Shown: in pieces, positions 27,720-43,579 of the stretch
How the letters are laid out: the number at the start of each line of letters is the position of its first letter
Numbering within the stretch: position 1 is the stretch's first letter
NCBI RefSeq assembly: GCF_009914755.1
Contig: NC_060935.1
From: the human T2T-CHM13v2.0 reference genome, Homo sapiens
Length of the DNA: 64,000 nt
Strand: one strand, 5' to 3'
Made by a program: the position numbers and the translations under genes
The notes under the pieces: model-generated
What the model saw: only the letters and a program-made list of their open reading frames with translations
What the model was told of the DNA's origin: nothing
Databases searched by the model: none

Positions 27720-29340
27720 TGACTGGTTATCTGTCATTTTTTTTTTTTTTGAGGTATATAAAGTCAAAAGTGAAACTCTCCCTTCCCTTTATCTCTCCTT
27801 CCAATCACAACTTTCAGAAATGTTCATTAACTGTTTGATACATAAATTTGAAGCTTTCATTATTCAAGGATATATTAACCTATACGTGCTGTGAAGAGAT
27901 ACATAATTTCATATATGATTGTACATACTTTTAAATGAAATTTTATCTTATACATATATTTCCAGCTTGATTTTTTCCCAACAAAATGCATTATGTATCT
28001 TTTGACTTTAGTTAACCTACATGTACTCCATAGTTTGTAATGACCGTGGTACTCTTCCACTGGATGAACACCACACACAGTATTTAACTATTTGTCCATT
28101 GACTGGCATTTAAGTTCCTCACTGATTCTAACACTACCACAATGCTGCAATGATTCTCATACCCACATATACTTTTAATCCAAACATTTTACTGTGGTAG
28201 ATTTCTGAAAATGAGCATTGGTACTTTAATTTTTAACTGAGGCTCCAAATTGCTCTCCAGAATATTTTGACCAATCTATACTTTCACTAACACCATCTGA
28301 GAATGCCCATTTCCCAAATCCCTGTCAATATAGATATTATCTATCAACACTGAAAACTTATTGTAAGTTTTGTGAGGAAAAAATGCATGTTTCGTTACTA
28401 TTGAATTTTGTATTTCCCTGAGGTGTGAAGTAAGTTTAAGCATCTTTTCACGTCATGTAAATTTCAATTTTTTTCCTGAATTGCTCGTTCATATGTTGCC
28501 TATTTTTCTGTTTGACTGTTTATCTTTCCTAAAATTTTATTTGTAGAAAAAAAAGTGTCATAAAGCCCTATGTCTGTTCTGTATGCTACATTTTCCTTTC
28601 AGCATGTCATTGTTTTTTAACTTTATGCATAGAGCTGAGCCACATAAGAAGTGTTTTACATTTAAATTTGCTTGTTAATAGATACGCAGTTAAATTTGTT
28701 ACTATTTTACTTATGACAACTATGTTTTGTCACGCTAAAACTGGTTTCACTACTTCAAAGTTAAAAAACTGCCTTCCATACTTTCACATCACTGTATTTT
28801 TCATGTAATATTATTGAAAATTATTTTTGTGTAATTGGGACTCCTTCGATAATTTATGTCTTGCTAGAAAAGAATCCATTTTATGTATTTCTAATTTATT
28901 TCTATATTTATGCAAACAAAATCTCATTATTTTGTTTAATCTCACTTGTATCTATAATTATACCTTATACTTTTCATTCCTATTTTTTTAACGTTAAAAA
29001 TTTTCTGTGTCAGTCCTGCTAGGTTATTTTTTTTATTTTCATGTTTTTACAGAAATACATTTTATCTTTTTCATTCTTAACTTTAATTTTAGTTTTACAA
29101 AATATTAATTTTTAACTTTATTAAGCTTTTTTCTATCATAATTTTTTGTTTTGTTTTCTAGTTTCTAAAGTTGAATTAGTTGACTTATTTGTAATAATTT
29201 TTAAGGTACATAAAATTATATATTTTACTCTGAGTACAGTTACAGCGGCATCTCTTAATTTTAAAAAACATACTTGCATTTCTTTAATTTCTAAATAGTT
29301 TATATTTTTAATTTTGATTTGCTTTTTGAATATCTATTTG
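27720..29340 (-). mobile_element. Old L1M(E) fragments
   Basis: T-rich, with gtccattgactggcatttaag...caatgctgcaatga...ccaaattgctctccaga...gagaatgcccatttccc. Confidence 0.7.
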
Positions 29341-31874
29341 CAGCAGCAGAGAAGATTTGAATCTAGTTAGGAAATTAAATATATCTGGGCATATCTACTA
29401 AACTTGTACGAGCTGTGTAAGTAAATTCTCTCTTTTCCTCTACATATGGAGAATATTAGTAGAGTTGGGCTGGGAGAAAGCACCAGTTCTAGAATGGAAA
29501 GTGAAAGAAAAGAATGGCAGCATTTTCCTCAGACATTGGCCTAAAAGCCACTGAAAGGAATAGCACACTTGCCATCAGCTTTTTTGAACAAGGGCCTGAA
29601 GAAGCTGAAGGAGCTGTTTTACAAAGAAACCTCCTGACACGGTAGCATATGCCATCCAACTTTTGAAACCCAGATGAAAAGTAGGACAGTGAAGGAAAAG
29701 GAGGGCCACACTTTTTCTTTTTCTGCTGAACACAGTGTAGCTCCAATATATTAAAGCTTCTAGGAAAGGCTTTGGTCCCTCTCATCTATTCTATATGTAA
29801 ATATTTTTAAGAACCTGTTTCATGCTAAGCACTGTGCTTGTCCTTGAAGAAGCAGTGAGGAACAGTGTTGGCTTCATCATAGGCTGAATCCTCAGCATGG
29901 ACACGTGCCCTATCAAATTGAACACTGGTAGCCAAGGGCAGTGGGAGGTTAGCATGGGGATGTGGGAATCACTCCCCTGCCAAGTGGCCTCGGAAGTGGA
30001 AGACCACCAAAAAGGGAGACTGAGGAGAACATCAGAAAGTTGATGTAAGCATATCTAAAACTTCTGGCTAGAACCACACGAACACTTGGGTAAAATATGA
30101 GTGGGATTTGCAAAGGTTCCACATTCACAGATTAGAAAAAGACCTAGAATTATGTAGATTATTACAATTTATACATCCCTTGTAATTGTTTTCCAAGACT
30201 GGTGATGCCATTGCATAAGTATTTGCTCAGTACTGACAATTGACCAAAAATTGGTAGAGGGAAATGAGGTAAAGGGACTTTACCTTTGTTACTGTTATAT
30301 ACTGATTCATCCTCTGTATCTTCTTCGTTCTAAGAAAAAGATTTCAACATCATCTACATAACATACGTGCCAGATTTCTATGTTCCTAGGACTGTGTACA
30401 TAGCATATTATTTAGTCAGTAAAATATTAATAACTCTGAGCAGTAATTATCATCATCATGGCTACTGAGGAGGAGACAAGCTGAAGGAGATTGACTCACT
30501 TACTAAAGTCACATAACTAACATAGGATAGAGTCCTTTCCAGGGAACAGTATATTTTCAGCCAATGTCTTTTGAACCAACGATGGTGTAAGTCATAGCTT
30601 TATTACTCATTCAGTTGCAAGAATTTAAACTGGGGTCTGGTGAGTCATAACCACTGAGCAATCACAAAGAGCTTGTAATCATTACCCATTTCAGAGTAAC
30701 CTACAATAAAACCTACTTAAAAATGATCACTTTTCACCACAGATAGATCTGTAGAGGTGTAAAACAATATTATCAGATGTAATTATCTGAAGTGAAGTAC
30801 TGCAGTGGGCACAAATATGGAAGAAGTGAGTATTAATTTTATTAAAATTGTTCATTAGAGTTAATCATTTGTTTATTCAAATGTATGCCCTAAGCACCTC
30901 CACATTACCAAATACTATGCTAGACAGTATGAGAGAAAAGACATAAACTCTTTACTAGAAGGAATTTACAGTTTAGCCAGGTAGATTAGATTCGTACTCC
31001 CGTTGGAAAGCACCGTCTATCATCTGAAACATACAAATAGCACATGGTAGAAAGAACACTGGGACTGGATTTCTTCCCCCATCGCTGATCAGAGGTGGAG
31101 CTTCTTCCCATCATACTTCCTCACTGGAGCACAGTTTTATTACCACTAAGATAAAAAATATGGTCTAGGGGACTGCTAAGATCTACAACATTTTTAAGTA
31201 CAAGAATTTTATAAATGATTTAGGAGAGACTTTCCTGCAGTATCAGGAAAAACACTAAAGGAGAAAAATTGTATTTGAATTGGATCATGAAAGATTTAAT
31301 TTGAGAATCTTCATAACAAACGGGAAGAAGTCAGATTTTAGGAAAAATATGTTTATTATAAAAGTAATATTATATTAAGTAATATTGTTGATTTAGCCAC
31401 AAAACAGTTCATGGTCTTCAGTATGTGTGGAGAGTGTTTTAGGAAGTGGTAGCAAGATGTTGGAAAATTTCAACAAAAATGTTCTAGAGATTATAATTTA
31501 AATTCTTTGCATCATCTACACCTTTCCAGTTTAAAACAAATTTTGCCTTTAGTGTCATTTGAAAATTGTCTGCATACCAACATGCATTCTTTTTAATTTA
31601 ATAGCAAACTGAGTTATGCAATTTGTTCACATTTCAATACCTTTCCTTACATGCTATAAAATTGATAGATCTTGTTTAGGAGTTCCTGTTTATGTTGAAA
31701 TCACACCAGTATCAATCTTTATCTTGCATATATTTTTGCAAATATTTCTTGATTGTGTACCTTAACACTGAAATATTCTCGTGAACATTTTAAAAAATCA
31801 ATCATCTTGATGTCAAGCAAACATTTGGTTGACTGAATTGTTGAGCATTCATCCAGATGTTAAAAATAACCAAG

Positions 31875-31876
<2 letters not shown>

Positions 31877-31912
<36 letters not shown>
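31877..31912. repeat. (TG)18 microsatellite
   Basis: Direct reading. Confidence 0.97.
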
Positions 31913-31914
<2 letters not shown>

Positions 31915-32942
31915 ATACAGTGTCTTCATATATTTAGATTTATTCTTTGGATACACAGATCTTGAAATTCCCCTAGTTTTATCTGTGGAACAAATTAGAA
32001 TCACTACTAATAGTGCCACCTTGTGTCTAAAATTTAAAATCATGGGTACGTTTATATATTACAGAAGTTTCAAGTTAAAAATAATTATATAAATTAATCT
32101 ACATCAAATTTCTCTTTCAAAATTCAGCAGTTGGAGGTCTAGCCAGGCAAGTGACGTGTTTAAAGCCACTCAGTCAGTGAGTGGTGCAGCTGAGACTAAA
32201 ACCCAAGAATCATAATACTTGGTTTGGTACTTTTTAAAAATATATCACATTTTTTAGAGAAGTCACTTTTTATGACAAAAGCAAAGTAATCAATTTTAGG
32301 TTTAATAAAGCCAGGTGTAGATTTAATATTCATTTAATTTTAATTTATTGCCACAGTAAGATTCAGTTTTGATATGTAACTACTGTAAAATCCTAATAGT
32401 TAATGAATGTGTATTGCAATAATGTAGGCACCTATTATTAATGGGTATCAGGGACAATTAACGTGAAGAATATTATCTTTTCAGTTGTTTTTTAAACATA
32501 TTAATTTAAAAGAAGTCATTCAAGATTTCTTCTCCCACATTATCTGATTTTATACTGCATTTAATGCATTAATCCACACCAGTCTTCAGAAGTAATTTTT
32601 AAGAGAGGATTGAGAGTACATGGCACAATGGTGGTGCAACAATGAACAGTCCAAAGCAGTTTTGATAGACTTATTAGTCTATAATAGACTTTTTGATAGA
32701 CTTTTCATCCGAATATTAGCAAACTGCTATATTGTGTACTTTTATAGAATCTTTATATTTTCAGACCTCCTTCAACTGACTTTATATCAGATTTTCAATC
32801 AACAAATATCTATTAAGGATAACACTGAGCTGTTCATAATAAAATGTAAAAAACAAAAAAAAAAAAGGTGGAGTACATTGTCTTTGTCTTCACCCTGAGA
32901 GTACATAAGCATTTTTTAGTAAACTTTCAAAATTAAGGATAT

Positions 32943-33070
32943 AGCTGGGCACAGTAGCATGCACCTATAGTCCCAGCTACTCAGGAGGTAGAGGCAGAAG
33001 GATTACTTGAGCCTGGGAGTTTTCATCTAGCCTAGGCAATATAGTGAGATCCCCAACTGTAAAAAAAAAA
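32943..33070 (+). mobile_element. FLAM_A-like Alu monomer
   Basis: Single short monomer with poly-A. TSD aaaattaaggat / aaaattaagaat. Confidence 0.85.
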
Positions 33071-33886
33071 TTAAGAATGATTTACTAACACACCATCAAA
33101 CATTCACATTACTTCTATTTTTTAATGGTGGAGAAATGGAAAGCATTTTAAATGATGGGAAACAGAAGGAAAACGAAGAAATCAATATTTATTGGCCACT
33201 TGTGATACGCTGGGAACGTCACAATTGCTTTAATCCGCTAATTTGAGAAAGGGCTTCAGAAATTTTTACCCACAGCCCCCACTTTAATCCTCCATAGTTA
33301 TATTACGTCCAGATTCTAACTTGCTGTTCTGCTTGGTTTACTCTTCCAGAAGTATGAAGCTTAATATTATGGCTGAAAATTGGCCTTCAAACAATAGAAA
33401 CAAAAAACTTACTTTATGGCATGCATTTCTAGATTTTGGAATTAATAAACTTACTATACTTGAAGTTAGTTTACTTGTTTAGTAAATGTCTAGTATACCT
33501 TTACAAGATGGACTATGTTTTTTGGTCAATATTTCTAAACAGGAGCAAGTTTAGCTAATAGGACTTTTCCAGGGTGAAAATATGAAGATTTTCAAATGCA
33601 TCCAGTTGTCTGATAGAACTCATTCCACCGCAGCAAAAGCAATACAGCAGAAACTAGGAGTCATTTTCCTTAGGTGCTTCCATTATAGAAATATAGTCAT
33701 GGAATCTGAATAAAAAATGTGGTCATAGAGTACACAAAATAACAATAACAATAATAATAATGACGTGGCCCATTTTACTTCAATGGTTTTACACAAATTT
33801 GGTTATGTCAGCTTGATTGCCGTAATAGTAATTCTAATATTAAGAGAAGGGTCCCTTGTACTATGCTTTAGAAAACTATAGAAAGA

Positions 33887-34349
<463 letters not shown>

Positions 34350-36829
34350 TTAGATGACTTGATATATCATTCAGAATTCATACATTTAAAAAATTTCAAT
34401 AGTTGTTTTGCTTCTGTAAGTTGCCTATTTAGGGAGGAGATCAGAATACTAATCTCCAATGTGAAAAAAAAATGTACACCTAAATATCAGTGAAGTACAT
34501 GGTTTAACCTACTAGCTACTTTCTAGCACTGGTCTCTATTTATTAGGTAAGAATTTTCTGAGTTTTGAAAGAATAGGCTTTCTGAAGGTTGCAAAATTTC
34601 CCATAGTGACTGTTAAGACTTCACTACAGAACACTGTATTTTTTTAAGAAACTACCACTCACAGTATTTCAGATAAAATATAAATATGATCTACAAATGT
34701 GACATCTTCTGGGGTAAAGAATAAAATAAAGGCTGTGTCAGGAACAAAAGAGATTAATTTAATAGTATTTCAGGACTGTTAACTAACTCCTGGCATTTAT
34801 GAAATATTAAGAGAAGGATTTATCTACTGACCTGAAAGGAAAATGAGAAAGCTATGTACTGAGACATACTAAAATATTTGTCTCAGCTTAGAGACTTTAT
34901 AAATTAACATGCTTAAGAATCAGGCTTCAAATCATTTTTAAACATTTGAAAAGCTTGGTGTCCAGAAATATAAAGTGGATAAGGAGAAAAGAAGTGGCTG
35001 GATTACTCAACATAACATCTACAGTGGGTTAGGGTAGCAAAGAATAACTGCACAGGCATTTCTCCAAACCTGTTTGGTGCTATCAGTTCAGAGAAAACCA
35101 TGCACATCCACATCCACATGCACATGCCCAAATGCACATACACCCACTGCTATAATTGGCTAGCCAAATCACAATGTCATTAGGAAATTCAAACATATAT
35201 AGGTACTACTTTTTAAAGAAACTGGAGTATTTTAGCATCATCAGTGAATATTTGCTTCAGGGAAATCTTTAGAAAGCTATCTGAGGGATCATCCCATTTA
35301 AAAAAAATGGGTAAAATTTCTGGAAAGACCAAGTATTAAAAGTGGGTTTTTAGGTGTTAATTCAAATAAGGTTATGAAATATAATTATTTCAGCTTTTCT
35401 TTATTTTGCTATTTTTTACAATAAATATTATTTTCATAATAAGAAATACGGTTTATTCTAAACGAACTAAACCAAGAAAAGAAGATAATAAATACAAAAT
35501 TCTGGGACAAAGTTTTTTAAAGAATGATGGAACATTTTCTGTGAGTCAGAAATCAGAGCTGTGGACCTTAGATTGCTCACAGTGTTGGTCAATTGGAAAG
35601 CAGATGAAACATTAACTTACATCCATGTAATTAATTCCCTAGAAAGTGCATCTATTTCGGGCCAGCTAACAACCAGGCAATTTGAAATATCAAGGAAAGA
35701 AGTAAGAAATAAAGGGAAGAAAGGGGAAGTAAGGAAAGATGGGAGGTAGGGAGGAAAAAAAAGTAAAAGATGAGAAAAAATGTGTATAAGATATGTAATA
35801 AATCTTATAATTAATTAAATCTCATATTGTATACTTCACCCTTCCTACATATAATACTATTTATTCTCACAGCAACTGTTTTTAAAATAGGTATAAGAAA
35901 AATTTACTTCTATAAAGACTAAATTTGAAAAATCAAAGAAAGACTAGCATATAGTTGACTCCACGGCTGGCATATAGAAAGATGATATGTCTTGCATATT
36001 GTTGATAAGCATTTTGCATGTTGGATATTCTAATGAACTTAGGGATGTGATTTATTTTATGAGTCATTGGGAAATAGAAGGTGAAAATAAAGCTGGCAGC
36101 TGTATAAAAGTAAGAATAGATAATTGGGGAAAGACAATAACTACACAAAATTGATAAAAACGCTAAACATGTAATACAGGTGAGCATTTAATGTCAAACA
36201 TTTATACATTTCTTTGAAAGGTATTGCTGTATTATAGGTTGCTATAATATTAGAACTTCCAAATGATGAGGAAGGTGATTATGAAAATGTTATGTACCAT
36301 ACCCTTTGCTTCAGAAATCAGGTGTTCATCCTATTAAATTAAATAATTTATGTTTAAAAATACAAGTATTAATTTAAGCATTACCCAGGGTTGAAGGATA
36401 CTAAAAGTTTCACATATTGCTGGTGGTATATCACATTGCACATTATTTGAGAGAAGTAATTTGTCTTTATTGTAAGCCATAAAGTTATTTGAACAATTTA
36501 ATAAAGACCAGGAAATTTAAATATGAAAACATATGTAAATGTATACATATGAATAGACATATATGCTTATATGTTATGTTTAACATTAAATTAATGTTAC
36601 CTCAATGCTTAACAATATGGCAATAGATAAGTAAATTATACTACATCTACTTTATCGAATATGATACACACATTAAAATATTGATCATAAATTGTCTGTC
36701 ACTATAAAAATAGCTGTGATATTAAGAAAGTCAGAATATACAACAAGTATAAATTATGATTACAACTATATGGAATATGCATCAAATACAGCTTGGAAAA
36801 TAAGAATCTAAAACTCAGAAACTCCACCA

Positions 36830-37950
36830 TTGCATTCACCCAGAAACAGGGTTACCACATCCTTCCCAACCAGTACACTAATACTTAAATGAAGGTAAAG
36901 TTCTTTCTCTACAAAAGCTACTCTAGAAAGTTGAAAGAGGTGATTGTTTCACCAGATACACAGACATCAATGCAGGAATATTCAAGTTAGTGAAAGGAAA
37001 AAAAAAAAAGTCAAGCAGAAAGACTATACCCAGTAAAGCTATTATTTTGAAATGAGGGAAAAATAAAGTATTTCTCAGATAAGCAGAAACTGGAGGAATT
37101 TGTCACCACTAGGCCAGTATTATAAGAAATGCTCAAGGGAATCCAATATCTGGAAGTAAAAAGATGATAATGACCATCATGACAACATGCAAAAGTATCT
37201 GGCATAGCAGATACATGAAGGAGATAAAGAAAATAATTAATCCATATTACTGTAGGAAACTACCAATTAGCAATGATAAATGATAAGAGATGAAGACAGA
37301 AGCAAATATACAAAACAACCAAAAATCAACTAACAAAATGACAGGACTAAGTCCTCACTTATCAATAATAACCTTGAATATAAACAGATTAAAATTTCCA
37401 CTTAAAAGATATAGACCAGATGAATGGATTTAAAAACATGCCCCAATTATATATGTATATATTTTCTGAACCAAATGGAAGAAAACTAGAAATCGTAACA
37501 AATAAAGCTTTTGAAACTATATGAAAACTCAAAATTTAAACATGTTCCCTAACAACCAATGTGTCAATAAAGAAATTATGAAAATTTAAAAATTTCTCAA
37601 AACAAATAAACATGGAAATGCAATATATAATATCAAAACAGCAAAAGCAGTATTGAGGGAAGTTTATAAATATAAATACCTACATCAAAAAGTAGAAAAA
37701 TTTCAGATAAACAATCTAATGGTGATCTGAAAGAACGAGAAAATCAAGAACAAACCAAACCCCAAATGAGTCAAATAAATAAAATTATAAAAACACAGCA
37801 ATAAAATTGTGACTAAAAAATTACAAAAGCAATAAAATAAAAAGTTGATTTTTTGAAAAGATAAACAAAATTGACAATTAAACTAACCAAGAAAAAACTC
37901 AAATAAAATAAAGCATGAATAAAAAGACATTACAACTGATGCCACAGAAT
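36830..37950 (+). mobile_element. L1M fragment: ORF1 pieces and ORF2 endonuclease start, internally deleted
   Basis: ORF1 end (tatacccagtaaagctatt...ggaatttgtcaccactaggccag). The ORF2 start at about 37338 reads MTGLSPHLSIITLNINRL. Ends gacattacaactgatgccacagaa. Confidence 0.85.
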
Positions 37951-39701
37951 CTAAAAGGCAATATGGGTTACACCAAGATTGTGGTATCGGCACATTTTGT
38001 CATTTAAAACAATTTTTTTATTATCCTGTACTACCTTAATTTAAAAAATCTGTGTAGTAGAATGTGTTATAAGTTATAAAACTGGGTATAAATGTCTACA
38101 TATGTGTATTCATGCAAATGTCCACATATGTAAATAAATTCACTTGAAGTTTATTGGAGTTTATGTAAATAAAATAATCTGGAGAACTTTCCATCAAAAA
38201 AATGTTTAAAATATTTAAAGCAGTAGAGGCCTTTAAATAAACACTTTCCAATAGTAGGATTTACTATGTCTCATGTCACAGAGAGGTTTTGTTTTGTTTT
38301 TCATTATTTATTTATTTAATTGTTAATTTTGCTGAGTAATATGTTGTTTGCTGATATACAAAATATGTGTCTAGAGAATGGAAGCTGTGTGAGAATGGCT
38401 AATGCTGAATAAACATATTAGGGTGGCAGGAAATAAAGACTGGAATAAGAATTTTACTCTTAATCTTGTTTGTTATGTGAAAACATTAATGTATATTACC
38501 TAGAGGCATATTGTGATTATATTTGCATTTTTTAAAGTTTTTTTCTCATTTGAAGTCTTGATTCTAAACCAATTTAGCCTAGAGAAAGTGTTTGCATGGC
38601 TGGCCTTCTTCATGTCCTGGGAGCTTGGCTTCTGGTTGAGGTTGACCTGGCATACCTACCTCAGGCTACAGCTCCCTTAGCCACTGTGTTTCAGTGCTGT
38701 CCTTCCGGGGCACTGGGATTTCAGGGACATGCTCACAGAGGGACGGTTGGAACTTGAAGGAGCAGAGATGGGAAGAGTATGCAGAGGCTGCTCTGATGAA
38801 GTAGGTAAAAACACTTATAGCAATAAGAGGGTGGGGCTTGAGATGACAGCACAGGTTTTAGAAGTGTTTAAGAGGCAAACTGGCAATCTGAGAAGCATCA
38901 GTTTACATGCTATCTTTCATCAAAATGGAAGCCTAGTTTATATATACATTTAATCTTCCTAAGGAGATTTTAAAGTCCTTGCACATAAGTTATATTTTTT
39001 GAACTGTTGGTGTCCACCTCTCCGGTTAGACTGTGAAGTTTAAAGATTTTATTTTGTTTGTACTGAAAATATGTATTGTGAAAATGACTAAAATAACAGG
39101 AATAAATAGCATTAATGTTTTTCTCAAGAAAATAAAAACATAAAATTAAGAAATGCATTTCTACAGACTACCTAGAATGATTGTGTCAATTATGGCACAA
39201 TAACAAAACTATGGAAATTTAAGGTAGATAATTCAGACATGTAATCCATTTTGGAGTTTGATCTATCCAGGTAATTATAATAAACAATGGAAAATTACCT
39301 TACTACTTCCAAAATGCCACTTAAAGTTTTGTAATGCATATCAAGGTAATTTCTTTAACATCTTTGAACCTTGGATAAGGGAAGAAATGTTCATGTATCA
39401 GCCTTTACATTTTTAAAAGTGCTATAGTATCCATTATGTCATCATGCTCTTAAATTCTTTCTACTACCAGTGAATTTGGTGATATTACCCTCCTGCCCTC
39501 ACCCATGCTACTGATCCCGAGCTGAGAATTAGATAATGTAAATGCTTTGTTAAGGTGATATGGTAATACTCTGTGGTCTGATATAAAATAGGCATATGCC
39601 TTTAACATTAAGAACCTTAATGCTGTTTTGAGAGTTCAATAAAATGATATCATATTTTTTTTGCATGTGCCATACTTCCATTCTTTATGACTTGTTTTTA
39701 A

Positions 39702-39741
39702 AAGAATTATCACATATTATTAAGAATTATCACATATTATT
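39702..39741. repeat. 20-bp tandem duplication
   Basis: aagaattatcacatattatt twice, exact, plus a partial third copy. Confidence 0.93.
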
Positions 39742-40149
39742 AAAAATTATTTATCTTTTGCTATTTATACATGTTTTCAAAGAAAATGAGAATATAAACT
39801 TTGTCTAAAATTTATTTCCCGTTTGTTATTCTTATTCTACATCTAAGTATATGTGGAAGATTTTGACTGTATAATTTGAACTGAGACCTCTCTTTACTAC
39901 ATATTAATATTTATTTCAACTTTAGTCACATGAAAACGAATCCTACTAGTTAAAGATCGAGTTAAGTATTACTTAGCGTGTTGAAAGCTTTCATAATTTT
40001 GCTGAGGGTCTTTGACACTAGGATTTTAGAAATGAAGATCTATGTCCAACTAAAACTGAGAAGTGGCTGCTCCAGAGCATCAAATAATCTGATGAACCAT
40101 GAACCACATCTGGTTAGGTTAGTCTGAATACATTCAGGCCTTCGCCCCT

Positions 40150-40520
40150 GTGTCTCTGGTTGGCTCTCCATTCAGATATCCTCATAGCTCTCATCCTCAC
40201 CTCCTTAGGTCTTCACTCAAATGTCATCATAGAAAAGATAATGTCCCCAGTTACTCTCACTCTCACATGCTATATTCCCATTTTCCAATTTATTTTTATC
40301 CAAAAGCCCTTATTGGCATTTGATGTGTCTCATATTCTTCTACCCTATTAGTTGTTATCTGTAAATACCTATGCCTAATATCTGCCTCTCTTCACTAGAA
40401 TGCAAGCTCTGTGAGACACAGTGTTTTTTAACATTTTGCTTAGTAGAGTATCCCCGTGTCCAGCATAGAGTAGACACCCAATACATCATTCTAATTGTTG
40501 AGTGAATTGAATCAATGAAA
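40150..40520 (+). mobile_element. L2 3' end
   Basis: ccttaggtcttcactcaaatgtca...cactagaatgcaagctctgtgag...ttgttgagtgaattgaat. Confidence 0.75.
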
Positions 40521-43500
40521 ACAAAGATGTGGGTTCTACCAAACTTAAGTCACAGCCTAGACCTGCCTCCAATCCATAGGTAATTATTGGCAAAAGTTGT
40601 CCTACATGGTAGGGGTGTCCCAGAAAGAGGAAACCTGTAAGAAGAGGGTGTTTGAGGCCTAGCACCTGAAAGAGACTTGGAAGAGAAAGAATGGAGTGCA
40701 AAACATAACATCTAGATGCTCTTCCCAGCCAGATGAATGAAATTCGAGCCCTGCTCAAGTGGAAGCAGACTCAGGGCACTGAGAACTTAAAGTTTTAACT
40801 CAGCAGTATACAGATGGTCACTCAATCTTTATGTATGTATGCAAGTATGTGTGTATGCATGTTGTATGTATGTATTATGTAGGTATTTATCTATCTATCT
40901 ATATACTATGTTTGTCTATATACTTAGAAATAAGTACAAAGAGAATGGAATGTATCCTGGGACCCACCCTCCATAATAAAAAAGGGAAAGAATGAAAGTA
41001 GCAAATGCCTACCGGAAGTTTAGAATAAAAAGATTACATCTAGCAGGATCTGATGAGAAACCTACTGAAGTCTTCCAAAAATAACTGGCAGTAGGAAACT
41101 TTGTAGGGATCTGAAGCTCTGTGTGAGATATATGTCAAAACATGTTGAAAATGTGGGTATAGAAAGAAAGTATGGCCACATTTGAACTCACAGCCTTATG
41201 AGGCATAGGATGTAATATGGGGTACATAACCAACTGTAGAGGAATAACTGGAACAAAAGTGAAAATCATTTACAATTATTTAGAAATCATTTCAAATTAT
41301 TAACTCTTCAGATACATAAAGATGAACACAAAATATTTTCATTTTACCAGACATTTAATCAGCACCTACTACAAACTAAGCAGTGAATTAGGCACCAGTA
41401 ATATGAAGATAAATACAACAAATTCCTACCCTTGACACATTCAGGAACTCAGGGGTGTTGGAGATAATAAATAATTACTCCAGTGTGGCAATTTTTATAA
41501 TAGAGATAAATGTAAGTCTCCTCAATTATGTAGATGATGATGAATACATTGTAAGTATACAGATATTGGTTAATAGTTTTAATTTATAAATCAACAGAAG
41601 AAAAAACTTTTACACTTATATAAAGAACTGGCTTGGAAATATAAAAATTAAAAATAATTTATAAAATATACTTATTCATTAATGATTTATTCACAATCCC
41701 CAAATTAATGACACCCACTTATTCATTTATCTATTATACAAACTCACAGTTTCCACACACCACCAGTAGAATATGTATAGAAAATTTCTTATGGTATGCC
41801 CTGATTAAACGAAGTGAAATTCCATTCAATATTGACAAGGTCAAGCAAACACTGATGTTAGGTGGAGGCAGTTTGTATAATTAAATCACAATATTAAAAT
41901 GAAAAAAGCAATTTAAAAATGTCTGCTTTAGCTACCTAAAATTTTAGACAAAAAAGATGACTAAGTGAGACCAGAGACCAGTACTATTACTCTGAGAATT
42001 CTAAAAGAACTAAGAGCTCTACTATTCCTAGAACTGTAGTAACCAAAGTGTATGCAAGAACTTCCTTCTAATCCTGGATAATCCATAGAATCAAGTCACA
42101 AAGCCTGGGCTTTGGTCTCTCTACATCACAGTGATACAAGATCTCATTATAGGAGAGTCCTCAACACCTGTTATGACCTACTGATAATTGTGACAGCTTC
42201 TAATTATGACAACTGAATAGTGATAGAGCAATACAGGTAATAATGATGACTACAGTTCTCTAAAAGTACTGGAGGAAAAAAAAAGGGAAATAAGCAATGA
42301 AGGGAGAAAAAGAGGAAGACACACCACCAGCCAATAAAGCTTGAAGTTTTTGACTACTATATCAGTGTACAGTGATCAAGACCATCTTAAGTAATACTGA
42401 GATATCTGACATGAAGTGTAATAAAGCAAGGGCCATCCTTTCCTGAAAACTTTGTTAAGCTTCGCATTTCCTCCCCGTTAGCCAATCACTTAGCTTTCTC
42501 TAGGGTCCTTCTTCCTACATCCCATGTATATATTCCTATATTCTAGTGATCATGCAATCTCATACTTCTAACTCTCTAGTGACTCTGCAAACCTCACTAC
42601 AGTGCCTCCTCACTCCTAGACCCAATTAGAGTTTGCTGATGCCAAAAAAAAATCAATATATTAACCAACTCCCAAGGAGATATTTTAAAACCCAAGCAAG
42701 TACAAGAAACACAGCTTTATTCTGTGGGTTAGAAGGTTGTCTTGCAAGTTATCTAGAAATTCCTATTAAGATTTACCACTCGAATTTCACCTAGAAAGAT
42801 GCCTTCCATAAACTGTACTATTAGGAGAGCTGTCATCTTCATACATTTAAATGATCATATGAGTTATGTAGATCTGAAGAGCATGGCAGGAAACTGCAGC
42901 TGCATTTGTCCACACAGCAACTCTCTACAAAGGAAGCTTCTGTTCTCTACCTGAAGAAAATGGCTCTGTTTGCATCATGGATTTCAGAAGATTATTAAAT
43001 TTCTTGCTGGCTGCATTCATTGGGATCATCTAATGTAGCTTTGAAGAATTGGGTATCAACAACAACAAAGAATAGTCACATTTCCCTTTCGCATTATTTT
43101 TCCAATTGGGATAGTTGTCTCAGGGGAAAAATTCAAGACCTAAAATACATGAGAAAAAATAAGATTTCCTGTGATTATGGGCCTCATCCCCTTAAGATAT
43201 CTATGAAGAAAAGGCATGGCAAATACAGAGATTTTGATCAGATGCGTTCACTAGTGATTACAAAGGCATCTCACTTAGAACAGTTCTTCACCCATTCTAC
43301 CAGCTTAATAATTATTTGTTGAAGAAAGGGATTAAGGAAGGAACGAAGTGATAAAGAGGACCTCTCTGGACAAACTTCTTTTACATGGGAAGGACACATT
43401 GAAGAGCTCCTCCATCTGTCCCACGAGCAAATGTGGCAAAATGTTAACAACTAGCGAATCTAAATAATAAATATACAGGTGTTTATTCTACTATTATTTC

Positions 43501-43579
43501 AACTTTTTGGAAGATTTGAAATGTTATACAAATAGAGTTGGGGGCAAACAAAATGATTGCATAATTGCTATATTGAGAC

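Noticed and set aside
22057-33226. Identical 11-mer acgtcacaatt at 22057 and 33216
   Set aside because: Hundreds of 11-mer matches are expected by chance in a window this size.
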